Assembly (NCBI GenBank): GCA_041665485.1
Contig: JBAYIT010000001.1
Coordinates: forward strand, 140,270-204,269
Origin: Candidatus Shapirobacteria bacterium
Lineage (GTDB): Bacteria; Patescibacteriota; Microgenomatia; UBA12405
Length of the DNA stretch: 64,000 nucleotides
Direction: 5' to 3'
Part shown: piece by piece, positions 45,141 through 54,374 of the stretch
Layout: every line of letters starts with the position of its first letter
Position numbering within the stretch: the stretch's first letter is position 1
Position numbers and translations under genes: made by a program
Notes under the pieces: generated by a model
The model's database searches: none
What the model was told of the DNA's origin: nothing
Seen by the model: the letters and a program-made list of their open reading frames with translations, nothing else

Positions 45141-46100
45141 ATGACAAAAGTTGCGGTGTTTTATGGAGGAAAGTTGACTGATCATTTGGTGATGCTAAAG
45201 CGGGCAGGAAAGAAAGAAGGGGTGGAGTTAAAGTTGTTTTCTTACAACAAAGTGGTGTTTAGTAGTGACAGGCCCAATATTATGCTGAGAGATGGATTAA
45301 CCAAGTCGTTGAAAAGCGGGCGTGATTATGGCCTTGATTATTTTGATGTGCTGTTTTTTAGAACGGCGAAAAAGCACTGGCAAGAGGTGTCTTGGTTGGT
45401 TGATGAGGCTAAGATCTTAGGGAAAATAATTGTTGACCCGGTGGTGGGGAGTGCCAGACCAACTGACGCCTGCAAGGCATTTCAAATGTTACAGATGTTA
45501 AAAGCGGGAATTCCGACACCAAAAACTTTATATGGAAGTTTGGGTTATTTATTAACTGAAGCGCCAAAATATTTAGGTTTTCCAGTAATAATTAAGGGAA
45601 GTGGAGGCCATCGGGGAGGGAGTGTGTATAAAGCTGACAACAAAATGGAGTTGGATAAAATCATGGCAGAGTTAAGACCAGTAGAGATTGCCGAAGGGAG
45701 GAGATATTTAGCTCAAGAGTTTATTAAAAATAGCGGGGATTATCGGGTGATTGTGTTGGGAGACAAAGTACTGGGGGCGATGAAAAGATCGGCTCAGGTG
45801 GAAGGAGAATTTAGAAATAATTTCTCCCGAGGAGGGACGGTAGAATTAGCGGAACTTGACGAAGAAACAAAGAAGTTGTGTGTAAAGGCAGCAAAAGCTT
45901 GCGGATTATGGGTGGCAGGAGTGGATTTGGTGTTTGCCAATGATGATAAAAAAAGGCCAATGTTTTGGGAAGTTAACCGAGGACCGCAGTTTAGAGGGTT
46001 TATGCAGGCGACAGGAATTGATGTGCCACGAGAAATCGTAAGATTTCTGGTAAGTTTAAAGTTAGAAAGTCCAAAAAGTCCAAAAAGTCCAAAAAGTTAA
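45141..46100 (+). CDS. RimK-family ATP-grasp ligase 1
   Basis: FPVIIKGSGGHRGGSVYK, YLAQEFIKNSGDYRVIVLGDKVLGAMKR and GVDLVFANDDKKRPMFWEVNRGP motifs; C-terminus LESPKSPKSPKS coded by the AAGTCCAAAA repeat. Confidence 0.75.
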   Translation: MTKVAVFYGGKLTDHLVMLKRAGKKEGVELKLFSYNKVVFSSDRPNIMLRDGLTKSLKSGRDYGLDYFDVLFFRTAKKHWQEVSWLVDEAKILGKIIVDPVVGSARPTDACKAFQMLQMLKAGIPTPKTLYGSLGYLLTEAPKYLGFPVIIKGSGGHRGGSVYKADNKMELDKIMAELRPVEIAEGRRYLAQEFIKNSGDYRVIVLGDKVLGAMKRSAQVEGEFRNNFSRGGTVELAELDEETKKLCVKAAKACGLWVAGVDLVFANDDKKRPMFWEVNRGPQFRGFMQATGIDVPREIVRFLVSLKLESPKSPKSPKS

Positions 46101-46107
46101 AACATAA

Positions 46108-46677
46108 ATGATTAAAGAGGGGGAGTTGAAGAAAAGGCGGATACCGAAGATTTTTTGGGCGGGGTTGATATTGGCCGGAACGGTGGGAATGGTAAAGATG
46201 GGAGCCTTTGGTGATTTCAGAAATAATAAGCTGGTATTTCCAACTAAGACAGTCGTAACCGTGATAATTGATGGTGATACTTTTACGCTTAAAAATGGGT
46301 TAAGTTTTCGGTTGGCGGGAGTAAATGCTCCAGATAGAAATGTTAATTATGAAGATTATTTGAAGGCCAAGGACTGGTTAACAAGAAGAATCAAAGACAA
46401 AGTGGTGTATCTAGAGTATGATCGGTATTTGGATGAAAAATTTGGAAGATTAACAGGATATGTGTGGCTGGGGTGTGAATCTACTCCAAAGTTTAAACCT
46501 TGGAATTACATGAAAAAAAGTCAAAACGAATCTATGCCGGAATTAAGGGAGAATCCTGATGGGTGCAAGGCTGGTGTGATGGTTAACGAAGAGTTAATCA
46601 AATCTGGGAATGGAAAGTTTAAGGTGTATAGCGAGTGGGGAAAGCTGAAATATCAGGGAAGATTGGGAAAAGATTAG
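46108..46677 (+). CDS. staphylococcal-nuclease-like (SNase/thermonuclease) protein with N-terminal TM anchor
   Basis: VIDGDTFTL...RLAGVNAPD...GRLTGYVW motifs of SNc-fold nucleases. Confidence 0.65.
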   Translation: MIKEGELKKRRIPKIFWAGLILAGTVGMVKMGAFGDFRNNKLVFPTKTVVTVIIDGDTFTLKNGLSFRLAGVNAPDRNVNYEDYLKAKDWLTRRIKDKVVYLEYDRYLDEKFGRLTGYVWLGCESTPKFKPWNYMKKSQNESMPELRENPDGCKAGVMVNEELIKSGNGKFKVYSEWGKLKYQGRLGKD

Positions 46678-46731
46678 ATCTTAGATTTTGGTTCTTAGTT
46701 CTTAGATACTGGGTACTGGATGCAAAATGTG

Positions 46732-46740
46732 TGGTATAAT
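46732..46740 (+). promoter_or_regulatory. extended -10 promoter TGGTATAAT; ATG 7 nt downstream (leaderless RimK-2)
   Basis: TGTGGTATAATCGGCCAGATGG; the track ORF start at 46727 lies inside the promoter. Confidence 0.4.
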
Positions 46741-46747
46741 CGGCCAG

Positions 46748-47686
46748 ATGGATAAGAAGATAATTGCTTTTACGATGTCGCCGAAACAAAGCCAATTTGA
46801 GGTGGATAGGTTGGCACAAGAAGGGAAGAAGTTGGGAGTGGAAGTGGAGAAAGTAAATTATCGAGATTTGACTTTTGAGGTTAATAATCAAAAACCTAGG
46901 GTATATATAAATAGTATAGAGAGAAATGGGGAGAACACTTTGGGCTGTTGGTTTAGAGTGGCGGGAACAAAGTCGGGGAAATATGTGGAAGGGAGGAATA
47001 TGCTAATCCGATTAAAACAAAATGAGATGTTTTGTGTTAATGCGGGGAGCTATTTGGGTTGGCCAAGAATGGGGAAGATTTCCCAACATGCGGTGTTTGT
47101 GGAGGCGGGAATTCCAGTAGTGCCGACGGCGATCTTCTATGAAAGATCGCAAGTCAAAAGTCTGAAAGTAGAAAGTCCAAAAAGTTTTGGTGAGTGGGAT
47201 TTTCCGATAATTACAAAACATGAGAGGGGGTATCAGGGGAAGTCGGTGAGGAAACTTGAGAATTGGGAGGAAGTGGAAAAGTGGCTTAATAAGATCGATG
47301 AAAAAAATTTGGGGATGTTTTTGTGGCAAAAGTTTTTGCCGGGGGGGTGGGATTTGAGGGTGATTGTGCTTGACGGTAAGGTGCTGGGAGCAATGAAGCG
47401 GACGGCTTCCGGTGATGAATTTAGAAGTAACTATAGCCTTGGAGGGGCGGTGGAAAAATGGGAGTTATCGGATGAGGACACTAAATTAGCGGAAAAGGTG
47501 GCTAAAGTGTGCGGGCTGGATTATTGCGGAGTGGATATTATGAAGTCCAAAAAGCCTGAAAGTCCAAAAAGTGAGGAAAGTGTGGTGTTGGAGGTGAATA
47601 GGCAGTGCCAGTTTAAGGGGTTTGAAGAGGCAACAGGAATAAATGTGGCTAGGGCAGTGGTTGACATGATAAGAAAAAGAGGCTAA
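46748..47686 (+). CDS. RimK-family ATP-grasp ligase 2 (start set to ATG at 46748)
   Basis: FPIITKHERGYQGKSV, WDLRVIVLDGKVLGAMKR and CGVDIMKS...VVLEVNRQCQF motifs; two in-frame AAGTCCAAAA-type repeats code ESPKSF and KPESPKSEES. Confidence 0.75.
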   Translation: MDKKIIAFTMSPKQSQFEVDRLAQEGKKLGVEVEKVNYRDLTFEVNNQKPRVYINSIERNGENTLGCWFRVAGTKSGKYVEGRNMLIRLKQNEMFCVNAGSYLGWPRMGKISQHAVFVEAGIPVVPTAIFYERSQVKSLKVESPKSFGEWDFPIITKHERGYQGKSVRKLENWEEVEKWLNKIDEKNLGMFLWQKFLPGGWDLRVIVLDGKVLGAMKRTASGDEFRSNYSLGGAVEKWELSDEDTKLAEKVAKVCGLDYCGVDIMKSKKPESPKSEESVVLEVNRQCQFKGFEEATGINVARAVVDMIRKRG

Positions 47687-47694
47687 ATTTATTT

Positions 47695-48903
47695 GTGCGA
47701 AGAATATTTTGGCCAATAGTTTTGATAATTTTTTTGGTTTTTGGCGTGACGGGAGTGAGAGCAGAGACTGATTGGTGTAAGCAAATAAGAGAAGTTTATG
47801 AAGCCTCAAAGGGCGGACGGTGTAATGAAGACGATCAAGATAAAAAATTTAGTTATTTTGCTGATCTTGATATTAATGATGTTGTCAATGAAGCCGACAA
47901 TGAACAGCTGGGCCGATTAACAGTGGAGCAGTGTAAAAATAAGATTGAGCATTCTAAAGCTATTTCAGAAACGGGTGAGTGCCGATGTGAGACAGGGTAT
48001 TGGCATACTCTTAATATTTTTAATTGTGACAAGCGAACTTTTTGTGGAATGAGCCTGATGACTGATAATGGCTTAAGGATTTTTAATACAGAGGATGAGT
48101 GTAAAAAAAGTGCTGGAGAAGAGGAGAAAAGGAGGGGTGGAGTGGGAATGCCGAATCCGGCATCGTTTTTTTGTGTTGATATGGGTTATCAAAATGTCGG
48201 AGGAATGTGCGTGAATGGGGAAAGTAGATGCAATGAATGGGCATTTTTTATGGGAGAATGTCGCTTGAATGGCAGTGGTAGTAAGCCACATCTTTATTTG
48301 GAGAGAAAGAGCGAAGAGACTAAGATTGGGGAGACAATGATGGTTACGGTGGGGATTGATAGTAAAGATAGAAAAATCGTTGGAGCTGATGTCATGATTA
48401 AGTTTAATGGTTCGTTAAATCTCGAAAAAGCGGAAATGGTGGATGAGTCTTTAGTTGGGTATCGTTATGATAGGAATAATTTTTATGGCAAGATTAATAA
48501 TGAGACTGGGGTTTATGATGTGACTTTAGTACCACCCAGTGAAGAATATGTTGGTTTGATGACTAAAACAGCAAAGGGGCCGGTGGTAAATTTGACTTTT
48601 CGACGAACAGATGGTGGATTACCCCAGGTATATTTTGCCTGTCGTCAAAATACGGTGAGAGATTCAAACATTATTAGTGACGATGCGATAGATATCATAA
48701 GTTGTGGTGACAACTTAAATTTGATTGGAATGGCGGGGGATGCAGATTGGGATTGGAATGTTGGTTTTAAAGATTTATTGATTTGGAAGGGTGGCTACTT
48801 GTACAAAGAGGATATGAGGGCTGATTTTGACCGGAGTAAGGAAGTTGATTTTGCTGATTTGAAAATATGGAAAGATAAATACCTGTTGTACCAAAATAAT
48901 TAA
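47695..48903 (+). CDS. secreted Cys-rich protein with DUF333-like segment
   Basis: Signal peptide; MPNPASFFCVDMGYQNVGGMCVNG...CNEWAFFMGEC resembles DUF333 (putative hemolysin-like) modules; C-terminal D/W-rich repeats DADWDWNVGFKDLLIWK and DFADLKIWK. Confidence 0.45.
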   Translation: MRRIFWPIVLIIFLVFGVTGVRAETDWCKQIREVYEASKGGRCNEDDQDKKFSYFADLDINDVVNEADNEQLGRLTVEQCKNKIEHSKAISETGECRCETGYWHTLNIFNCDKRTFCGMSLMTDNGLRIFNTEDECKKSAGEEEKRRGGVGMPNPASFFCVDMGYQNVGGMCVNGESRCNEWAFFMGECRLNGSGSKPHLYLERKSEETKIGETMMVTVGIDSKDRKIVGADVMIKFNGSLNLEKAEMVDESLVGYRYDRNNFYGKINNETGVYDVTLVPPSEEYVGLMTKTAKGPVVNLTFRRTDGGLPQVYFACRQNTVRDSNIISDDAIDIISCGDNLNLIGMAGDADWDWNVGFKDLLIWKGGYLYKEDMRADFDRSKEVDFADLKIWKDKYLLYQNN

Positions 48904-48905
48904 AC

Positions 48906-50390
48906 GTGTTAGATTTATCTGTGAAGAATAAATTTCAGCTGATAGTTTTGCTGATTTTAGGAGTGGCCCTGGCGGGTGGGGTGTATCTTTCTCAAAGAAG
49001 CCAGGAAACAAGAAGAGGAGCGGCGGGAGGAGAAAAAGTAATTTTGTTTATGCCGGATGAAAGAAACTTGAAGGTGGGGGAGGTGTTGGAAACAACGATT
49101 GTGGTTGGTACCGAGCCAGGGTATGGTTTATCTGCCGCAACTTTAAATATAAAATATAACCCACAGGTTGTTGATTTTCAGACGGCAGATGCGTTATCGT
49201 ATTTTGGGATTTTTAGTGAGACAGGTGTGTCGGGAGACAAGAACTTTGACCTAGTATATAAACCGGGAGGAGCAACGTTTGGCCCAGTATCGTTGGTTAA
49301 GTTAAGGTTCTTAGCTAAAGTTGCTGGTGCGGTTGATTTAAATGTTGGTGGAAATATCGACTTGTTGGATGCAGAAAACAACACATTGAGTGCTGTGGGA
49401 AGAAAACACAAGATAGTTTTTCTTACTTCGGAAATGGTGGCGAAGCCGAACTATGTGGTGGAAGGGAACCCAGTGGTGATTCCTTCGGGAACGGTTTGCA
49501 AAGAAGGGGTTAATACCTTGAAGATGGATGAGAACTACTCTTGCGATAGTGGAGGAGGATATAGGTATGCGAATTGCGAATGTTATGATGGGTTTGGTGC
49601 CAGAATCGGGTCGGAGGATGGCTGTTATAACTATGGAGAAATGGCAGAGTTGGCGAGGAAAGAGTGTGTGGGTAGATCTAATTGCTCAACAATACCAATT
49701 CCCGGAAGCGATGTTTCATTGAGTTTGTCGCTGTTGGGCAATGAGCCAGCGGTGGTGGGCAAACCGTTTAAGATCGGGGTTGATTTTAACTCAATTGATT
49801 CGAAAGTTCGGGTTTCAGGACTAAAGCTTAAATTTAATTATAATACGGACTATGTTTCTGATGCCAAGTGGCGTCCAGGAATTTTTTCCCAGGTTGGATC
49901 AACCGACACTGATATACAAAGTTTAGTCGGCGGAGAGCTGGATTTAAACTTGGTTTCAATGAAGCAAGGAGATGAATTATTGTCGAGCGGAAGAGTGGCA
50001 GAAATTGAGTTGATGCCAACTTTTCCGAAAGTAATGGATGGGGCTACGTTTAATGTATATTTGGATGTTGTTGAAGTAGTTGGAGTTGATATAAACGGAA
50101 AGAGTAAATCGTTTGGGGTGAAAGAAAGAACTATTAGTTTGCCGGTATCGGTGGTTTTACGGAAGCCAACGATTACTGATATGTGCCGATTTTGCCCGGA
50201 GGGCGAGAGAATTTTGGGTGACGCTAATTGTGACAATAGTGTAAGTATGCTTGATTTTGAGGTTTGGAGAAGCGCTAAACACGACCTGACCCCAATCTCG
50301 ATAATGGCGATGGCGAACTTGGATTGTAGTAGTGATGGGGTGATGATGGCTGACTTTGAAGTTTGGAGAAAAGCGATGTTTGACAAATAG
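48906..50390 (+). CDS. membrane-anchored cohesin-like + double dockerin-like protein
   Basis: N-terminal anchor; cohesin-like region VGEVLETTIVVGTEP...LNIKYNPQVVDF; C-terminus with two segments GDANCDNSVSMLDFEVWRSA and LDCSSDGVMMADFEVWRKA that fit the dockerin calcium-loop pattern D.N.D..V...D. Confidence 0.55.
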   Translation: MLDLSVKNKFQLIVLLILGVALAGGVYLSQRSQETRRGAAGGEKVILFMPDERNLKVGEVLETTIVVGTEPGYGLSAATLNIKYNPQVVDFQTADALSYFGIFSETGVSGDKNFDLVYKPGGATFGPVSLVKLRFLAKVAGAVDLNVGGNIDLLDAENNTLSAVGRKHKIVFLTSEMVAKPNYVVEGNPVVIPSGTVCKEGVNTLKMDENYSCDSGGGYRYANCECYDGFGARIGSEDGCYNYGEMAELARKECVGRSNCSTIPIPGSDVSLSLSLLGNEPAVVGKPFKIGVDFNSIDSKVRVSGLKLKFNYNTDYVSDAKWRPGIFSQVGSTDTDIQSLVGGELDLNLVSMKQGDELLSSGRVAEIELMPTFPKVMDGATFNVYLDVVEVVGVDINGKSKSFGVKERTISLPVSVVLRKPTITDMCRFCPEGERILGDANCDNSVSMLDFEVWRSAKHDLTPISIMAMANLDCSSDGVMMADFEVWRKAMFDK

Positions 50391-50436
50391 GGTGTTAATT
50401 ATGTTAAATTTATCTATATAAAGTTTTTTTAACAAA

Positions 50437-52887
50437 ATGCAAAAAATATTAGGGGGGGTGGGATTGTTAGTTTTGTTAGCGGCGTTGGCGGGAGGAGTCT
50501 ATCTTTCCCAAAAAAGCCAGGAAACGAGAAGAGGGGCGGCGGGAGGTAATGGAGTGGTGTTGTTTACACCAACAGAGAAAAATTTTAGAGTTGGTGAATT
50601 ACTTGAATCAACAGTGATATTGGATGTGGCCGGTTTGGGGGTAAGTGGAGCAACTGGTTTGTTGGGAGCTGAAGTCAATGTGGCTTATGATACGAATGTG
50701 GTGGGGTATGAAGGGATAGAACCATTATCCGGATATGAATTAATGTTTGATAAGATAGCTGATACAAGAACGGGGACGAATCTTTCTTTGGTTTTTACGA
50801 GAACGACAGCAGAACCGAACGGATCGGTGCAGTTGGCAAAATTGAAGTTTAGAGCTTTGAGGCCGGGTAATGTTAATTTGAAAGTGACGGGTGTATTTTC
50901 TGTGGTTAGATCAGCGACAACTGAATTAGCCAAGATAACGGTGACTGAAGAAAGAAATGCTGTGGCTGGCTATGTGGTGTTGGGTGATGCTTCGCCAACA
51001 GTGAGACCCGTGGTTGACTGTAGTCGATGCAGTGTTCTTTATGATAACCAGGCGGCTAAGTGGAGAGCAGTTGATTGCACTGTATTTCCGGGAGATGAGG
51101 TGGTGGAGAGAATTTATGACCCAGTGAATTGTCCACTGGCTCCGGCTTCAACCCGGAGAGTAAACACTTGTCAAAGATGTAGCACAGTAAACCAAGGACA
51201 GTATGTGTGGTGGGAGATTTCGGAGGGGGAGAGCTGTAATCGTGATCCGGCGCCCGGGGCTAAGATTTATCGAGCAGAGGGGGTGGCGATGTGTTTGACA
51301 ACGACACCAACAGTGAGTGTTGTTCCGGCTAAACCGATCGTTCTTACGATTGATTGTGCCAGAAAAGAAGCAAAAGGAGTTATTGCCGGCGGTTTGTCAA
51401 ATCAGAGAAATTTATGGTTGGTGATTCGTGATATGGTTACTGGCGATAAGATTATTCGCACTTATGTTGAGTCGTGGAGTGATACTTTGGCGGTGATAAA
51501 CACAGCTTCGGGAACATTGATTTCAATTCGGACAGGACAGGGGTATGTGTCGAGAATGTCTTTAATTGCTGATAGGCATTACGAAGTTTCAATTTATTCG
51601 GCGCCGTTTACGACGGGAATACCGACTTTTGGAACACCGTTGGCGCAGGGTGATTTGCATTATGATTGCCCGACGGTGGGTTTGACTTCGACACCAATTC
51701 CAACTCCAACTCCAACTTCTATAACCCCTACTTTGACTCCAACACCAACTCCAACAATAGCACCTTTGTCGTGTGGAGGGAGGTGTTATGGAGATGCTGA
51801 TTGCGCTAGTGGCTATACCTGTTTTCCGGTAGGAATGGATCGGTGTGAGGGGATTGCTTGGCCAACAGTGAAGAAATTTACTTCAGGAGAAAGACTTAAT
51901 ACACTGGAGATGGCAGACATAAAGAGAAGGTGTCCGGATTCGGTGGCGATAGTAAATAACATTGTGGCTGATCCGGAAAGAATGGTGGGCCAATGCCGAA
52001 AAGAAGAATGTGTGACCGATAAGAACTGTGCTTGTACACCCAGGTTTGGTTGCACTAGCGACAGCGGTTGTGAATCTTGGGAAAGGTGTGATGTGGCCAG
52101 AAATGTTTGCTTGTCTAATACCTGCGATATTGATGCTGATTGCCCATCTGACAGAAGGTGTATTAATAGGGTTTGCTTATCAAAAACGGTTAGCGAGGAT
52201 ATCGTTTCTCTGTCTATGAGTGGTGTTTCTCAAGCAGTTGTTGGCCAGCCGTTTGTGGTAACAATTAAATACAATACCGGAGACCTGAACAAGAAGGTGT
52301 CGGGATTGAAAATGACTTTTAAGGTGCCATCGGGTAGCTTTAAAATTTTGTCAAACATGGTTAGTGACGATTTTAAGGGAACTGGTAGTTCGACGCTTGT
52401 TACTGGCGACGGAATGACTAGCTCAGTGGAGTTTAATCTGGTGTCACTTAAAACATTTGAGGAATTGAAATCGAGCGGAGTGGCAGTGGAGATAAAAATA
52501 ATGCCATTAGTAACAGGAGTGTTTGTTGGCTCTGAAGATGGTGCAATAAGACTATTTACGACGGAAGTGGTGGGAAAGACTGTTTCTGGTGGGAGCATTT
52601 CTTATCCAATTGGCGGAGAAGTTAATCTTCCTATTACAGTAGTAAGTGGACCAACAATATCAGCTGATATTTGTCGTTTTTGTCCGAGTGGTGAGAGACT
52701 GGTTGGAGACGCTAATTGTGATGGCGCTCCGAGCATGCTCGACTTTGAAGTCTGGCGGAGTGCGATGTTTGATAAAACTCCACTTAGCCAGAGAGCGATG
52801 GCAGATATGGACTGCACCGGAGACGTAAAAATGCTTGACTTTGAAGTCTGGCGGAGTGCTTTCTTTGATAAAGTTTATGCCAATTAA
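50437..52887 (+). CDS. membrane-anchored cohesin-like + Cys-rich + double dockerin-like protein (paralog of 48906..50390)
   Basis: Shares the N-terminus ...LAGGVYLSQKSQETRRGAAGG... and the C-terminal CRFCP.GERL.GDANCD...MLDFEVWRSA repeats with its upstream paralog. Confidence 0.55.
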   Translation: MQKILGGVGLLVLLAALAGGVYLSQKSQETRRGAAGGNGVVLFTPTEKNFRVGELLESTVILDVAGLGVSGATGLLGAEVNVAYDTNVVGYEGIEPLSGYELMFDKIADTRTGTNLSLVFTRTTAEPNGSVQLAKLKFRALRPGNVNLKVTGVFSVVRSATTELAKITVTEERNAVAGYVVLGDASPTVRPVVDCSRCSVLYDNQAAKWRAVDCTVFPGDEVVERIYDPVNCPLAPASTRRVNTCQRCSTVNQGQYVWWEISEGESCNRDPAPGAKIYRAEGVAMCLTTTPTVSVVPAKPIVLTIDCARKEAKGVIAGGLSNQRNLWLVIRDMVTGDKIIRTYVESWSDTLAVINTASGTLISIRTGQGYVSRMSLIADRHYEVSIYSAPFTTGIPTFGTPLAQGDLHYDCPTVGLTSTPIPTPTPTSITPTLTPTPTPTIAPLSCGGRCYGDADCASGYTCFPVGMDRCEGIAWPTVKKFTSGERLNTLEMADIKRRCPDSVAIVNNIVADPERMVGQCRKEECVTDKNCACTPRFGCTSDSGCESWERCDVARNVCLSNTCDIDADCPSDRRCINRVCLSKTVSEDIVSLSMSGVSQAVVGQPFVVTIKYNTGDLNKKVSGLKMTFKVPSGSFKILSNMVSDDFKGTGSSTLVTGDGMTSSVEFNLVSLKTFEELKSSGVAVEIKIMPLVTGVFVGSEDGAIRLFTTEVVGKTVSGGSISYPIGGEVNLPITVVSGPTISADICRFCPSGERLVGDANCDGAPSMLDFEVWRSAMFDKTPLSQRAMADMDCTGDVKMLDFEVWRSAFFDKVYAN

Positions 52888-53342
52888 TGAGAAATAAAAT
52901 AATTTTGGGATTGATTGGGTTATTAGTGGTAGGGGGAGTGGTGATGGTAGCAATGAAGGTATTGCCGGGGGTGTTAGAGAAGAAGACGAATGAAGCAGTG
53001 GTGGTGATAGAGTGGAAAAAGGCTAATGGCCAATATGAGTTAGTGATCAATGGTGGCGAGAGAAAGGTGACGGCGGTTTCTTTAGAGGGAACGGGAGCAG
53101 TAACTAAAATTGAGACAGAGACTAGAGATGGATTGGTGGGAGAAATGGGGAAAACGATTAAAGGCGGAAGCTGGCGATGGGGGGCAGGAGTGTTGGGCCC
53201 GGCGGATAAAATAGAGACTGGCAAACAAGTGTGGGCGAGGTTTGAAGTTGGAGAGGGTGGAGTAAAGGCGAAAGGCTCGGTGGTGTTGGCCAAGCAAGGT
53301 GATAAGCCGGCAGAGGAAATTGAAGTTGAAGGAGGGATTTGA
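52887..53342 (+). CDS. small signal-anchored hypothetical protein
   Basis: N-terminal TM helix ILGLIGLLVVGGVVMVAM. Confidence 0.4.
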   Translation: MRNKIILGLIGLLVVGGVVMVAMKVLPGVLEKKTNEAVVVIEWKKANGQYELVINGGERKVTAVSLEGTGAVTKIETETRDGLVGEMGKTIKGGSWRWGAGVLGPADKIETGKQVWARFEVGEGGVKAKGSVVLAKQGDKPAEEIEVEGGI

Positions 53343-54097
53343 TGATTAAGTGGCTGGTTTTGGGGTTAAGTTTTTTGTGTTTTGCTACGGGTGTTTTAGC
53401 GGAGGATAAGGTAATAGTCAGGGTTGAGGCGCCAGGGAATGGGGAAATAAAATTGGGGGAAAAAATAACTTTGGAAGTGGTGGTTGAGGCAGGGGGGGCA
53501 AGGCTTTCGGCGGTTGATGTTGATTTGAGTTACGACTCGACTAAGATGACGGTGAATAAGGTGACAATGGGAGAGGCGATGTCGAAATTAAAAGCAACGG
53601 AAGCGGGAGGGGTGGTGAGTTTGGCGGGAGTGATCATGAGTGGTAATAGTGATTTGGTGACGGGCAGGATTAATCTGGGGACAATTGAAATTACTGGTAA
53701 AACGGCTGGAAAGATTGGTTTTACCTTAAAACGAATGGAAATAGTTGGCTATGGGGCAGGAAAAAGTGTGGTGGGAGTGGTGAGTGAGTATGGAGGGATG
53801 GTGGCGACAGGGGCGTCAGCCTTACCCACTTCTACTGGCGCTGGGACACCAACTTTGCCTGTTTCAAATTCTGACTGTAAAAAGGCAAATCTTGATTTAA
53901 GCAGTAAAGATGTTGGAATGGCAGATGGAAATGTTGATACACTCGATTACTCGTTTGCAAAAACAAGAGCTTTGGCAAGGGCAAGAGCAAATAGTGGTGG
54001 CTTATTGATGGCTGATATTAACGGGGACTGTATAGAGAATATGGCTGATTTGGGCTTGATAATAAGGCAAATGATATTGAAAATGGAGAGCCTCTAG
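53339..54097 (+). CDS. secreted cohesin-like + dockerin-like protein
   Basis: Signal peptide; cohesin-like beta region (ITLEVVVEAGGARLSAVDVDLSYD); C-terminal GMADGNVDTLDYSF and MADINGDCIENMADLGLII dockerin-like pair. Confidence 0.55.
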   Translation: MMIKWLVLGLSFLCFATGVLAEDKVIVRVEAPGNGEIKLGEKITLEVVVEAGGARLSAVDVDLSYDSTKMTVNKVTMGEAMSKLKATEAGGVVSLAGVIMSGNSDLVTGRINLGTIEITGKTAGKIGFTLKRMEIVGYGAGKSVVGVVSEYGGMVATGASALPTSTGAGTPTLPVSNSDCKKANLDLSSKDVGMADGNVDTLDYSFAKTRALARARANSGGLLMADINGDCIENMADLGLIIRQMILKMESL

Positions 54098-54128
54098 AAA
54101 CCTTAAGTGTGATATATTATCTTAGTTT

Positions 54129-54295
54129 GGGGTGATTAGCCCCACCTTCGTCCCGATAGCTATTGGGACTACGGCGGGCAAGTCAGTTAAAGTTGAGTAG
54201 TTTAACAATTTGGGTGTGGGGATACCCCACAATTAGAGTTAGAGCACTCCGACGTGACGTCGGAGGGGTCAATGGTTCGAGTAGTTTAAAAATTT
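54129..54295 (+). repeat. two degenerate tRNA-like pseudo-copies (54129-54211 and 54212-54295) in tandem upstream of tRNA-Ile
   Basis: Each copy starts with GGGTG and carries arm-like hairpins plus a T-arm-like GGGGTCAATGGTTCGAGT, but cannot close an acceptor stem; direct repeat GAGTAGTTTAA[A/C]AATTTGGGTG at both junctions. Confidence 0.4.
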
Positions 54296-54369
54296 GGGTG
54301 ATTAGCTCAGTTGGTTAGAGCACCGTCCTGATAAGACGGGGGTCAATAGTTCGAGTCTATTATCACCCA
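54296..54369 (+). tRNA. tRNA-Ile (anticodon GAT)
   Basis: 74-nt cloverleaf folded by hand: acceptor GGGTGAT/ATCACCC, D-arm GCTC/GAGC, anticodon arm CCGTC-CTGATAA-GACGG, T-arm AATAG-TTCGAGT-CTATT; CCA is not encoded. Confidence 0.85.
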
Positions 54370-54374
54370 CACAA

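Noticed and set aside
54212-54295. Second tRNA gene upstream of tRNA-Ile (anticodon loop CGTGACG)
   Set aside because: It has no acceptor stem closure, a 3-nt anticodon loop when the hairpin is fully paired, and a T-stem that is not complementary; it is a tRNA-derived fragment, not a functional tRNA.
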